Source of the DNA: a virus | Lineage: Duplodnaviria > Caudoviricetes | Reading direction: 5' to 3' (one strand) | DNA: 64,000 bases | IMG/VR virus record: IMGVR_UViG_3300014205_000187 | Span: 42,381 to 106,380 of that record | Shown here: piece by piece, positions 9,711 to 19,670 of the stretch | Position numbering within the stretch: position 1 is the first letter of the stretch | Layout: each line of letters opens with the position of its first letter | The notes under the pieces: generated by a model | What the model was told of the DNA's origin: nothing | The model's input: the letters and a program-made list of their open reading frames with translations, nothing else | The model's database searches: none | Position numbers and translations under genes: made by a program

Positions 9711-10133
9711 GTGCGAACAGCTATTCTGCCAGCAAAAGCTATGATACTGGCGCGTGGCAAGTTTCAGGCATTCGAGCTGGAGCCTGGAGACCTCATACAA
9801 GCGTATGACTATAATGCTCGGCGTCCAGTAATGGCAGCAATATCGACAAATACCCCAGTCGAACCCGTCAAAAAGATTCTGGCTCCGGTGCTTCAGTTCA
9901 AAATCATACCATTTTCGCTGGTAACAAAAGCTCTGACTCCACAAGGAGAAAAGAGTCTGGCTGACGGTGCTCGACAGTTCATCGGATACTGCAACAGTAA
10001 TCCTACCAAACTGCTTATACGCACGATAGACGCTCTTATAGAGTATGATGAAATGGTAGATGCTGTACAATTAATGTGGGAATGGCCGCAATATATCTGG
10101 GTCGAAGGAATCTTAGTTGGGATTGACGCATGA
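9711..10133 (+). CDS. stand-alone Hint (intein)-fold-like protein lacking splicing residues
   Basis: ILPAKAMILARGKFQAFELEPGDLIQAYD resembles block A; KALTPQGEKSLAD resembles block B; VDAVQL..YIWVEGILVG resembles blocks F/G. Confidence 0.55.
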   Translation: MRTAILPAKAMILARGKFQAFELEPGDLIQAYDYNARRPVMAAISTNTPVEPVKKILAPVLQFKIIPFSLVTKALTPQGEKSLADGARQFIGYCNSNPTKLLIRTIDALIEYDEMVDAVQLMWEWPQYIWVEGILVGIDA

Positions 10134-11728
10134 CGCACGACATAATAAATCAACTAACTGCCATATATATTCGTGACCCTGACGAAGGCGAAGCCATAGC
10201 CAGAGAGTTCGGACTCTGGGAATCTTTATACGAGAGTGTGTTTAAGCCTCTTCTACGGCAAGTATGTTACGAAGACGTAAATCGCTTCATCGAGTATATT
10301 TTCGTAGACCCTGAAACTCGTGGAGCTGTTGAACAGCAAGACTTTCACGAAGAGTGGCAGCAACTCATTACTGACCACGATAGAGTTTTAATCGCTGCTC
10401 CCAGAGGTCATGGAAAGTCCTATCAAAACATTGGTAGAGCTATATGGGAGCTTGGCCGCAATCATAACCTGAGAATTAAAATCCTTGGTTCAGGTGACGA
10501 TAAAGCCAAAGAAATCCTCGGTCTCATCCGAGAGAACATCGCAAAAAACCCCAAAGTTCAAGAGATATTTCCTACTTTACAAATTGATGTTGCCAGAGGA
10601 GATACTCAGACCAAGTTCTTCGTGGTGCGCGACATCATGCAAAGAGACGCCTCGGTCGAAGCCTCTGGTGTTCTATCGGCTGGTGCTGGTGGTCGTGCAG
10701 ACTTACTTATCTGCGACGACGTTGTAGACCTCAAAAACTCCGTTATCAATCCGGTTCTGCGCGAACAAGTCATCAACGCTGTCAAAGAGACCTGGTTCTC
10801 TCTGGTATCTGCTTCAGGTAAAATTGTCTGGATATGCACACCTTACCACGTTGCCGATGCCAGTCATAATCTCAGAGACACTGGAGTATTCAAAGTTTGG
10901 TGGACTCCAGCTATCACAATCACTCGACATTTTGATGATGACGGCAATGAGATCATCGATGAAGAGACTCAACAGCCAAAAGTCACAAAGACTATCCTGT
11001 GGCCGGACAAATGGAGTGAAGAAAAACTCAAAAAACGTGAACAGGAAGTCGGTTCGAGAGTTTTTGCCCGACAGTATCTTCTCAATGCAATGTCGGACGA
11101 TGAACGCACATTCCCTGAAGTCTCCCTGGAAAAGAGTTTTGATCGAACGAGACGTTACATTGGCGAAGATATTGACCCTGAATGGCCTACTTTTGGTGGC
11201 GTAGATTTGGCTTCAGCTCTGGGTAAAAAGAATGCCTGGACAGTTATCTGGACTCTGGCAAGAAGTCCTCATGACAATCGATTATATCTAAAAAATCTGT
11301 ATCGAAAACGAATGAAGTTCCCGGAAATAATGAGGACTTTGAAAGAACAATATCTGGAACAGCACTGGCAGCTTTGTCTTGTGGAAAACAATCAATTCCA
11401 GCAAGCTGTTATCGACGCCGCCGAAGAAGTCGATAAATCAATACCTATCGAATCGTTCACCACGGGCATCAATAAAGCTAACGAGTTAGTTGGATTACCA
11501 GGTATGGCAGTAGCTTTTGAGAAATCTCAGTTTGCGATACCTGCGGCTTTATTTCCATTGGACCCTGACGATACATCACCTCTTGCTATTTTGATGAATG
11601 AACTTCGGACACATCCAGGAGGAGAGTTCAGTGATACTGTTATGGCTCTTTGGTTTGCTTGGATAGCAGCCCAAAGAAGCAGTGGTGACTTTGAGGACGC
11701 CTATATGGAAGCTGTAAAGTCTATATAG
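10130..11728 (+). CDS. terL: terminase large subunit
   Basis: APRGHGKS Walker A, LLICDD Walker B, RNase H-like GVDLA..VENN..DTVMALW. Confidence 0.93.
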   Translation: MTHDIINQLTAIYIRDPDEGEAIAREFGLWESLYESVFKPLLRQVCYEDVNRFIEYIFVDPETRGAVEQQDFHEEWQQLITDHDRVLIAAPRGHGKSYQNIGRAIWELGRNHNLRIKILGSGDDKAKEILGLIRENIAKNPKVQEIFPTLQIDVARGDTQTKFFVVRDIMQRDASVEASGVLSAGAGGRADLLICDDVVDLKNSVINPVLREQVINAVKETWFSLVSASGKIVWICTPYHVADASHNLRDTGVFKVWWTPAITITRHFDDDGNEIIDEETQQPKVTKTILWPDKWSEEKLKKREQEVGSRVFARQYLLNAMSDDERTFPEVSLEKSFDRTRRYIGEDIDPEWPTFGGVDLASALGKKNAWTVIWTLARSPHDNRLYLKNLYRKRMKFPEIMRTLKEQYLEQHWQLCLVENNQFQQAVIDAAEEVDKSIPIESFTTGINKANELVGLPGMAVAFEKSQFAIPAALFPLDPDDTSPLAILMNELRTHPGGEFSDTVMALWFAWIAAQRSSGDFEDAYMEAVKSI

Positions 11729-11793
11729 TCACCCATTTTGACGTTGAATCTGGTATTATATACAAACATTGTGCTATACTGGGGGCAATAATT

Positions 11794-13563
11794 ATGGCTA
11801 CTCCAATTGGAACATACGCAAGTTCGACAGGCAAAGATGATCTCATAAGTGCGCCTTTCTGGGCTAAAAAGCTCGGTAGAACATTCAAGGCTCTCTTTAA
11901 CCCAGATTCCCCTACAGCTATGCACCCTGCCTCTGAACCTCGTGACTCTCTGGTCATGACAGGTTTGACCAATGCAGATTCTCTAGCTTCTATGGCTAAT
12001 GCCTGGAGAGTCCATCAAACTCGAAAATCTGTCTATCAGGACATCGAACGGATGGATTCTGAAGATGAGATGGTGGCAACAGCTCTCGATATTATAGCCG
12101 ACTGTTCTGTATCTTATACCGATACCAGCGGATTCCACTTCAAGATTCGATCTGATGATGCTGAAACTCAAAAAGTACTCCACGCTCTCGAAAAAAGACT
12201 CGATCTGCACAATGAGATTTGGCAAATATGCAGAGATATGGTGAAGAATGGTAACGATTTCCGAGAAGTGGTCATAGATAGACAGACAATGAAGATCGTT
12301 GCGTTCAAACAGACCATCTCTTATCAGATATACCCTAAAACCAACAAACGTGGAGATAAGCTGCCTGGCTGGGTAGTCAAAGAAGACGGCGACATCTACA
12401 TGTCCAACGGCAAAGAATTGGAGCTTGAGGAGTGGCAGATTTGTCCATTCATCTTCGGTTCCAAAAAAGGTTTCCTGGCATCCCCACCTCTTGCGGCTGC
12501 TCGTAGAAACTGGATTCGTCTGACAAAGATGGAAGATGGTATGGCTGTAGCTCGACTTATCAGAGCTTACGACAAAATGGTTCACAGGATTCCGGTCAAG
12601 CCCGAAATGCCTGTAACCGACATCATGAATCGAATCAGGATGTATAAAGACAGCATCAGCAAGAGGAGAATCCTCGACAGCGATGGTATGATGACGCAGG
12701 TTGACAATAACCTGGACGTTCAAACAGACTTTTATCTGCCGGATGACGGCTCCGGTCGAGGTGGAGTCGATCTACTCTCAGCAAATAACACTCAGCTTGG
12801 AAACTTGAATGACATTATTTATCATCGAGAAAAACTCCTCACCCGTCTTCAGGTTCCTATCGCATATTTGCAGATCACCACGGCTCAGAAAACTCACATA
12901 GCTTCTGGAGCATCGTCTCAGAAAGCCGATGTAGAGATTCAATTTGCTCGTATGCTTCGACGTGTACAGCGTCAACTTCTCAAAGGAATCCATCGACTTT
13001 GTGATCTGGAATTGATGCTCAATGGTATTACTCCTGAGCGTGGTAGCTACAAAATCGAAGTCACTGAGATCAATACTGTAGACCTCAAAAAAGATGCCGA
13101 CATTGAACTCACTTATGCTCAGGCAGCCGTGTTCTTCGTGGAAGCGTTCGGAGCACTACCTCCTGAACTCATCGCTGAAAAGTTCATGCATCTTGATAAC
13201 GATCAGCAAAAACTTCTGGATACATTCCTGAAAACCAGCGGTGCCAGACTCACAGAGGCCAAGATTAAAGGGGCTGAAGCTGCTGGACAGCCTAAACCTG
13301 CTCCTGGGTCTGATGCTCTACCGAAAAAAGGCACTGGAAACTCTACAAAAAATAGAGCAGCCAGGAGTGGAGAACAAAAAGGCACCAAACAAAGTATCCC
13401 TCTGGAAGCCTTTGTTGACGTTATGTATGATCTCGCTGAGGGCATAAATGAAGACTTCAGAAATCAAGGCATAGAAGTCCCTGAGTTGGACGAAAGCCAT
13501 AGGAATGTGATTCGAGCAAACCTGGCCTCCATAATTCAACGCGATAATTTGGTTCTTGAGTAA
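11794..13563 (+). CDS. portal protein, T4 gp20-like
   Basis: ALDIIAD, ARRNWIRLTKMEDGMAVARLIRA, DFYLP, LNDIIYHREKLLTRLQVP; follows terL. Confidence 0.88.
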   Translation: MATPIGTYASSTGKDDLISAPFWAKKLGRTFKALFNPDSPTAMHPASEPRDSLVMTGLTNADSLASMANAWRVHQTRKSVYQDIERMDSEDEMVATALDIIADCSVSYTDTSGFHFKIRSDDAETQKVLHALEKRLDLHNEIWQICRDMVKNGNDFREVVIDRQTMKIVAFKQTISYQIYPKTNKRGDKLPGWVVKEDGDIYMSNGKELELEEWQICPFIFGSKKGFLASPPLAAARRNWIRLTKMEDGMAVARLIRAYDKMVHRIPVKPEMPVTDIMNRIRMYKDSISKRRILDSDGMMTQVDNNLDVQTDFYLPDDGSGRGGVDLLSANNTQLGNLNDIIYHREKLLTRLQVPIAYLQITTAQKTHIASGASSQKADVEIQFARMLRRVQRQLLKGIHRLCDLELMLNGITPERGSYKIEVTEINTVDLKKDADIELTYAQAAVFFVEAFGALPPELIAEKFMHLDNDQQKLLDTFLKTSGARLTEAKIKGAEAAGQPKPAPGSDALPKKGTGNSTKNRAARSGEQKGTKQSIPLEAFVDVMYDLAEGINEDFRNQGIEVPELDESHRNVIRANLASIIQRDNLVLE

Positions 13564-14325
13564 ATGATTGAGATTATCAACGGTGACTGCGTGGCCGAGA
13601 TGGAAAAACTCGGCAAACAATCTGTCAATTGCATAGTCACATCTCCCCCTTACAACTTCGACATCAACTATAATGAATACGATGATGGCATGCCCCGAGA
13701 CAAATACTTAGACTGGCTCGTAGACGTGGCTCATTCGATGCACAAGGTCTTAACCAAGGATGGCAGCATCTTTCTAAACGTAGGATTCAAACCCACAGAC
13801 CCCTGGTTGCCTTATGATGTCTTAAATGTGTTTAGACGCACGTTCTACGCTCAGAACCAGTTCATCTGGGCCAAAAGTGCCTATGTTCCTCAAGCCAAGA
13901 AAACCTATGGACATTTTCGTCCACTCAACTCTCCACGATTCGTTAATCGATGCTGGGAGTTTGTTTTCCATCTCACCAGAACCTCTGATGTCGTTCTTGA
14001 TCGATTGGCTTTAGGAGTTCCTTACGAAGATAAAAGCAACAAGCGTCGTTGGAGTAATCCTGATGATCTTCGATGTCGAGGAGATGTATGGTTCATTCCT
14101 TATGAGACAAAACAGAAAAAGGGTAAACATCCGGCAACATTCCCGCCGAAGTTGGCGATGTATGCTTATGCTCTACATGGTCTTGACCGAATAGAGCTTG
14201 CGATGGACCCGTTTGTTGGAGAAGGAAATAGTGCTGTGGCCGCTAAAAAATTGGACTTGAACTTTGTTGGTATCGACATCGACTCTTTATACTGTGAAAT
14301 AGCGAGAAAAGCTGTAAAAGGCTGA
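13564..14325 (+). CDS. amino-DNA methyltransferase (N4-C/N6-A, beta class)
   Basis: TSPPY catalytic motif precedes HPATFP and DPFVGEG SAM-binding motif. Confidence 0.92.
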   Translation: MIEIINGDCVAEMEKLGKQSVNCIVTSPPYNFDINYNEYDDGMPRDKYLDWLVDVAHSMHKVLTKDGSIFLNVGFKPTDPWLPYDVLNVFRRTFYAQNQFIWAKSAYVPQAKKTYGHFRPLNSPRFVNRCWEFVFHLTRTSDVVLDRLALGVPYEDKSNKRRWSNPDDLRCRGDVWFIPYETKQKKGKHPATFPPKLAMYAYALHGLDRIELAMDPFVGEGNSAVAAKKLDLNFVGIDIDSLYCEIARKAVKG

Positions 14326-14374
14326 TAAAGAATACGCCCCTTCCTCATCAGCCTTTTACATCGTCACCAACCAA

Positions 14375-14464
14375 TTATGTTATTACGAGTTTGTACTTAC
14401 TGATAAAATAGGTGATTAGGACACCTACCACAAATCCTACTGCACCAGCTCCCAGATAATACAT
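14375..14464 (-). CDS. 29-aa single-TM peptide MYYLGAGAVGFVVGVLITYFISKYKLVIT
   Basis: Below the ORF-track cutoff; RBS GAGGTGA and extended -10 TGTGCTATAAT immediately upstream on the minus strand. Confidence 0.6.
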   Translation of the reverse strand: MYYLGAGAVGFVVGVLITYFISKYKLVIT

Positions 14465-14541
14465 GATGCTCACCTCAAGCACATTATAGCACATTCAATA
14501 AAAAACACATCAGTAGTAATACCTGTTTTGTCTGAAATGGG

Positions 14542-14570
14542 TTGACAGTTAATTATCTATCCATTATACT
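14542..14570 (+). promoter_or_regulatory. consensus sigma70 promoter
   Basis: TTGACA-N17-TATACT upstream of the 14610 ORF. Confidence 0.85.
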
Positions 14571-14609
14571 GAAAATGTAGAACAGACATCTAACTAGGAG
14601 GCAACAAAA

Positions 14610-15641
14610 ATGAAAAGCAGAGTCGAATCACAGTTCGTTCAGCACGGAGATATTGGAGCCGTTTATGGCGGCACCATCGTTGATAACTCTTTGAGCATCG
14701 ATGAAGCTCTCAAAGAATCTGGTCTCGACTGGGAAGTCGGTGTCGATAGAGTCAGAATGGCAAAGAAAACAGGTGGCAAGGTTATTCCTGGATTCTTCGC
14801 CACGTATCGAATGGACACCGGAGACCCGCTCGGAATTGTTAAGACACGATACAATCCGGTGCAGAATCGTGATGCCTTTGCATGGTTGAGATACATTATC
14901 GGTGTAGACGGAGCCTGCGTCACATCTGCCGGTGCGCTGCACAAAGGCCGATACACTTGGGTCTGTATAGACCTTGGTGGATTTGATGTCTTGCCTGAAG
15001 ACGCTGTTCGGAAACGCATGCTGATTCTCAACTCACATGATGGTTCCTCGAATATCCTGGTGCAGCTCCTTCCTCATAGGATAGCTTGCCAGAACATTTT
15101 GAACTTCTCGTATGGAGTCAAAAAAGGTGACGGAGACGAAAACTATGGAGGCGGCAGCGACCCATTCAAGATTCGTCACACTGGCACAGCGATGATTAAG
15201 CTGTCTGAAATCCAGCGAGTCATCGGGGTAGCCAATACAAACTTCGATAGAGTTCAGGCATCTTTCGAGGCATTCAAATCTACTACTGTCACTCCAGAAC
15301 AAAACGATGCTATCATCTATGCCGCTCTGGGAGTGACAGACGAAGATCGAAACCTGTACAATGCCGGGGAGTTTGAGAAGACTCCTCAGTGGGTCAATCA
15401 CTTCGGTCTTATCAACGATGTCATCGAAAAAGGCCCCGGCTCTGACATCAAAGGTGTCCGAGGAACGGTCTGGGGAGCATTCAACGGCATCAACAGCTAC
15501 TTCGATCATATCCGAACTGTCAGAGGTTCTGAGAAGAATCCTGACAACGCCATCGAAAGCAAGTTGATGGGTCACTCGGCGAAAATGAAGGTCAAAGCAT
15601 TCGATGCCTGTCTCAACGCCGTCGAGATTCTCAAAAATTAA
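14610..15641 (+). CDS. DUF932/DUF945-family phage/plasmid protein
   Basis: SGLDWEV, RYNPVQNRDAF, SAGALHKGR, NSHDGS, RIACQN, KIRHT, RGTVWGAFN; own promoter and terminator (moron-like). Confidence 0.85.
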   Translation: MKSRVESQFVQHGDIGAVYGGTIVDNSLSIDEALKESGLDWEVGVDRVRMAKKTGGKVIPGFFATYRMDTGDPLGIVKTRYNPVQNRDAFAWLRYIIGVDGACVTSAGALHKGRYTWVCIDLGGFDVLPEDAVRKRMLILNSHDGSSNILVQLLPHRIACQNILNFSYGVKKGDGDENYGGGSDPFKIRHTGTAMIKLSEIQRVIGVANTNFDRVQASFEAFKSTTVTPEQNDAIIYAALGVTDEDRNLYNAGEFEKTPQWVNHFGLINDVIEKGPGSDIKGVRGTVWGAFNGINSYFDHIRTVRGSEKNPDNAIESKLMGHSAKMKVKAFDACLNAVEILKN

Positions 15642-15659
15642 CCCCGCCGCATACGTGTA

Positions 15660-15696
15660 AAAAGGCCAGGTATTCAGTTGAATATCTGGCCTTTTC
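15660..15696 (+). terminator. intrinsic terminator
   Basis: AAAAGGCCAG(GTATTC)..(GAATAT)CTGGCCTTTT hairpin. Confidence 0.8.
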
Positions 15697-15796
15697 TGCG
15701 TACCCCTCAGAAAATTATTTCATGTGGACAGTCTAACAAGTTGACTATCTGTTAAAGTAGAACCAGCGACTTTACAGAAGCGAGGTCAGACACATC

Positions 15797-18700
15797 ATGG
15801 CGAGACTCCTTGCAAAACCGAAGTCCCGGCTTTTGGTCACTCAAGTGGCTAAGAGAAAGGATGTAAGTCCTGATACGGGAGAAAAGAAATACGGTGATGT
15901 CAAGTTCGCTGACCCGACGAACAGTAAGTATCCGATAGACACTAAAGAACATGCAAAAGCGGCCTGGAGTTACATCAACAAGTCTAAAAACGCTGCTAAA
16001 TACAGCGCGTCAGACTTGAAGGGAATCAAAAGTCGCATTAAGACCGCTTGCAAAAAGTTTGGTGTTGAAATCTCTGCGGACGAACAGGCAGTCTTCGAGC
16101 ATGACCCGATGATGGAAGTGACTCAGAGCCACTACTACATCGATGGAAGCTATGAAGACCACTGCTCCAAAATCTCGGCAGCTTTCAAGCAGTGGCGTAG
16201 GATGGAAGAGTATTGGGATTATAGGTGGGCCAATATCCTTGGTATTACCGATACCTCGATCTACTTCTACACTACCGACTGGGATTCCACAGAGCCGGAA
16301 TACTTCGAGATTGGCTACTCTGTTGAAGGTTCAAAAGTAGTCATAAACGGTGAAGTCCAACGGGTCGATGTAAAACTCATGGTTGACACTCTGGCTGTGC
16401 CTGATGACGATGATGAGTCGAGCATACAAGGGGACGACACACAAACCGGAGAGGAGCAGAAACCGATGGAAACAAAACAGGATACAGTGCCCGATGAGTC
16501 GGCCATCACTGATGCTGCGGTTGCGGCCCCTGCTCAAATTGGCAGTCCTGCGCCGAGTGGAACTGGCAAGAAAACCGATGCTGAGACCAAAGGTTCTTCC
16601 GTGGAAGACCCTGCCGCCGATGCTAACAGCAATAAACCGGCAGATCACAGTGACGGTGAGGGGGCCAGCGAAGAGGCTGCCGATGGCAGCAGCAAAACTG
16701 CCGTGAAAGAAGCACTCGATACAACGGCACCGGGTTACAAGGGTGAACCGGCTGGCACCGATGGAACTCCTGAACCTTACGCTGGTCAGTCTGACAAGCG
16801 AGAAGCTCAACAGGGTGTTCCTTACGATCAGGCCGGACAGTCGATGTGCTACATCCAGAAAGTCGAAAAGACTACTGGAGCTGATGGCAAAACCCTCATG
16901 AAAATGCAGGGTATCGCCACCAGAGGCGACATCGTAAACAAGGTAGGCCAGGTCTACCCGTTGAGCGTTTGGGAGAAGAATCTCCCTGAGATGAACAAGC
17001 AGGCTGCGAACGGCAAGTTCATCGGAAAGCTCGAACACCCAGAAATGGAACAAGGCTTGGTAGATACCGCTATCAAGTTTGACCGATTTTACCTCCAGGG
17101 AAGTGACGTGTGGTTCGAGGCTACCGTCGTTCCCACGGAACCTCACGGTAAAAACCTCCAAGCTCTGCTCGAAGCTGGAGTTCAGGTTGACATGTCCACT
17201 CGTGGATATGGCACGTTCGCAATGCAAGATTGGCGTGGCACCGAGCGGCCCGTCATGCAAGATGACTTCGTTTGCACAGCTATCGACGCTGTGTGGCACG
17301 GAGCATCTTCCGGCTCTGGCGTGAAGTCCACTTCTTACCAGAGCGACCCTAATCTCGAAAAAGGAGAGCAAAAACCAGTGGAAACCAAAGACACCACCAC
17401 TCAATCCGATGTTCAGGTAAAGGCTGCTGCAATCAGAGCCAGTGCCGAACTCAAACAGACTAGGGCCGCTCTTCTGGGCGATGCCGGTCTGAACGAACTG
17501 GGAATGAAGGCTTACCAGACTGCACTTGATAAGTGCGATAGTCTGGAAAACCTCATCGTTACCAGTGAGACGCTGCTTCCGCACCTTCAGGCTACATTCC
17601 CTGCGGCCACAGGTGACGCTCAGGAAGTGACCCAGAGCGCAACTTACAGTCCTACATTCTTCAAAAAGCAGAATCAGGAAGAGGCTGCTCCGCAGAACGT
17701 GGGCGAATTGCTTGACCGTATGGTAGCCGATCTGCCGGACCATTACGAAGGTCAAGCCGTCAATCCCAATTTGCCGAGCCACTTCAGCTCCCCTCGGGCA
17801 GCGTGTAAGAGGCTCATGGTCAATATCGCACGGGAACAGCAAGGTTCATTCTCCGGTCGCAACGCCGCTCTCGGCCTCTTGGCTCTTGAGCAGGGCAAGA
17901 TTGACCGGGCGCAGGATATTCTCTTGCAAAGCCTCGCAACCGGCGCAACCATCGCTGATGGAAACGCTGATGGTGGTGGTGCTCCTTTGAGCAACTACCT
18001 CATCTTCCCGTTGGTCAGACGTGTATTCCCCATGTATATCATGGGTATGATCGCTAGCATCCAGCCGCTCGACAGGCCGGAAGGTAAGATTTTCTTCCTC
18101 GATCAGTACCGTGTAGACGGTTCTGCTAACGAGACAAGAATCGACCTGAACACTTCGAGCAATCCGTTCAATTCTTCGTTTGCTGACAACGCCACTGAAG
18201 GTTCGGCGGCTATGCAGATGAGACTCCGCTTGACGAGTGCCCTGGTTCAGGCGCATACCAAGAAATTGGGCGCGTCCTGGTCACTCGAAGAAATGCAGGA
18301 TTTGAGAGCCTACCACGGTCTCGATGCTGCACAGGAGCTTCTCGGAGGCGTCGCTCGTGAGATGGCTTTGGAGTGGAACAAGGAAGTCCTGGACGACATG
18401 CTGGCTCAGGCTACAGCGTCCGCTTTGACCTTCGGAACTACCATTCCGGCTACTGGGTTTACTCAGCAGAAGGATTGGGACGAGTATCTGTGGGTCTACC
18501 TCAACAAGCTCGATTCGGCCATTTTCTCAAAGAGAAATGGGGCTATGACTCACATCATAGCTGGCGTCGATGCTGCTCTCGCAATGAGCAAGTCCATGCG
18601 CGGCGTCTTTACGTTCAACGCCAACGATGATGGCGTTGATGGAGAGATTTATCCGGGAACCACGTTCTACGGAACAGTCTCTATCCCTGGTGCTGGTAAG

Positions 18701-18961
18701 TATAAAGTTCTGAGAACGAACTTCTGGTCTACCGGCACGACAAACGGCTCGAAGATTCTTGGTCTCCGCAAGGGTGCCGAGTGGTCTGATACGCCGTACA
18801 TCTGGGCACCATACACCGACTATGTGACTCCGATGCTTACTGACCCGGCTGACTTCAGCCAGAAGCAGGGCATCATCAGCAGAGCCGCAAAGAAGGTCGT
18901 GGTCGCAGACGCGATGGGGACCATCACCGTCAACAGCGGCGTGGGCGAGCTTGTCAGCTAA
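15797..18961 (+). CDS. capsid polyprotein: DUF6582-like N-terminus + T4 gp21-like prohead protease + scaffold + T4 gp23-like major capsid protein
   Basis: KYPIDTKEHAKAAWSYI; protease NKVGQVYP/GKLEHP/MSTRGYG/IDAV; capsid PLVRRVFP, IQPLDRPEG, WSLEEMQDLRAYHGLDAAQEL, WAPY. Confidence 0.9.
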   Translation: MARLLAKPKSRLLVTQVAKRKDVSPDTGEKKYGDVKFADPTNSKYPIDTKEHAKAAWSYINKSKNAAKYSASDLKGIKSRIKTACKKFGVEISADEQAVFEHDPMMEVTQSHYYIDGSYEDHCSKISAAFKQWRRMEEYWDYRWANILGITDTSIYFYTTDWDSTEPEYFEIGYSVEGSKVVINGEVQRVDVKLMVDTLAVPDDDDESSIQGDDTQTGEEQKPMETKQDTVPDESAITDAAVAAPAQIGSPAPSGTGKKTDAETKGSSVEDPAADANSNKPADHSDGEGASEEAADGSSKTAVKEALDTTAPGYKGEPAGTDGTPEPYAGQSDKREAQQGVPYDQAGQSMCYIQKVEKTTGADGKTLMKMQGIATRGDIVNKVGQVYPLSVWEKNLPEMNKQAANGKFIGKLEHPEMEQGLVDTAIKFDRFYLQGSDVWFEATVVPTEPHGKNLQALLEAGVQVDMSTRGYGTFAMQDWRGTERPVMQDDFVCTAIDAVWHGASSGSGVKSTSYQSDPNLEKGEQKPVETKDTTTQSDVQVKAAAIRASAELKQTRAALLGDAGLNELGMKAYQTALDKCDSLENLIVTSETLLPHLQATFPAATGDAQEVTQSATYSPTFFKKQNQEEAAPQNVGELLDRMVADLPDHYEGQAVNPNLPSHFSSPRAACKRLMVNIAREQQGSFSGRNAALGLLALEQGKIDRAQDILLQSLATGATIADGNADGGGAPLSNYLIFPLVRRVFPMYIMGMIASIQPLDRPEGKIFFLDQYRVDGSANETRIDLNTSSNPFNSSFADNATEGSAAMQMRLRLTSALVQAHTKKLGASWSLEEMQDLRAYHGLDAAQELLGGVAREMALEWNKEVLDDMLAQATASALTFGTTIPATGFTQQKDWDEYLWVYLNKLDSAIFSKRNGAMTHIIAGVDAALAMSKSMRGVFTFNANDDGVDGEIYPGTTFYGTVSIPGAGKYKVLRTNFWSTGTTNGSKILGLRKGAEWSDTPYIWAPYTDYVTPMLTDPADFSQKQGIISRAAKKVVVADAMGTITVNSGVGELVS

Positions 18962-18981
18962 TCCTCGCGGGTCATATCGCT

Positions 18982-19022
18982 AAAGAAAAAGGCTCCCTGG
19001 AAACAGGGGGTCTTTTCTTTTT
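18982..19022 (+). terminator. intrinsic terminator after capsid gene
   Basis: GGCTCCCTG-GAAA-CAGGGGGTC followed by a T tract. Confidence 0.8.
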
Positions 19023-19044
19023 CATTTATGCTATAATGAGAGCT

Positions 19045-19248
19045 ATGAACAGGTATGTATTCAATTCGGGCAACGCTCCTATCCAGTTTGCTGGTCGCTC
19101 AATTCCTGCCAGAAATTATTCAACCTTAACTGCTGAAGAAGAGCAAAGATTTCGAGCAGGTTTAGTTGAAGTAGCCATCGAAGGTGACGAGCAATTCCCG
19201 GACCTGTGGGTACGGAATACCCCAGAAAGAATACCCAATCCATTATAA
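19045..19248 (+). CDS. hypothetical protein, probably leaderless
   Basis: TGCTATAAT ends 7 nt before ATG 19045. Confidence 0.6.
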   Translation: MNRYVFNSGNAPIQFAGRSIPARNYSTLTAEEEQRFRAGLVEVAIEGDEQFPDLWVRNTPERIPNPL

Positions 19249-19261
19249 GGAGTTTACGAAC

Positions 19262-19627
19262 ATGGCAACTGTAGGTACTAATTTCCAAGACGCAATTAGA
19301 GACATAACCAAGTGGATAGCTGCGGCTACTTCCAAGGTTATCGAACTCACAAAAGCGGGTTCAACAGATGAGGCAGCTTTGCTGTTGGCAGACATCAACG
19401 AAGTCGAAACGACTTACTTGAACGTCATCAACAGTTTCCTGCCTACCAAACCCATTGAGCCTGTGCCTTCCCTTTGGAACCTTGGGAAGTTTGTCACTTG
19501 GCTGGCAAGGAACATTTCCTGGCTGAATGTCCTGGTGGTGTTGACATCAGATGTCAATCCATTCGATGAAGCCAAGGCTCTGGCTCGGGCTGTTGCAACA
19601 AAATGGGGCTTTGCTGTCCCGAAATAA
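19262..19627 (+). CDS. hypothetical protein
   Basis: AAGGAG RBS before ATG 19262. Confidence 0.65.
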   Translation: MATVGTNFQDAIRDITKWIAAATSKVIELTKAGSTDEAALLLADINEVETTYLNVINSFLPTKPIEPVPSLWNLGKFVTWLARNISWLNVLVVLTSDVNPFDEAKALARAVATKWGFAVPK

Positions 19628-19670
19628 TCTTATCTGGGGTATTCCACTATCAAAATATAAGGAGGTCACT

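Noticed and set aside
16331-17842. 503-aa minus-strand ORF
   Set aside because: Antisense shadow of the codon-biased capsid gene, with no motifs.
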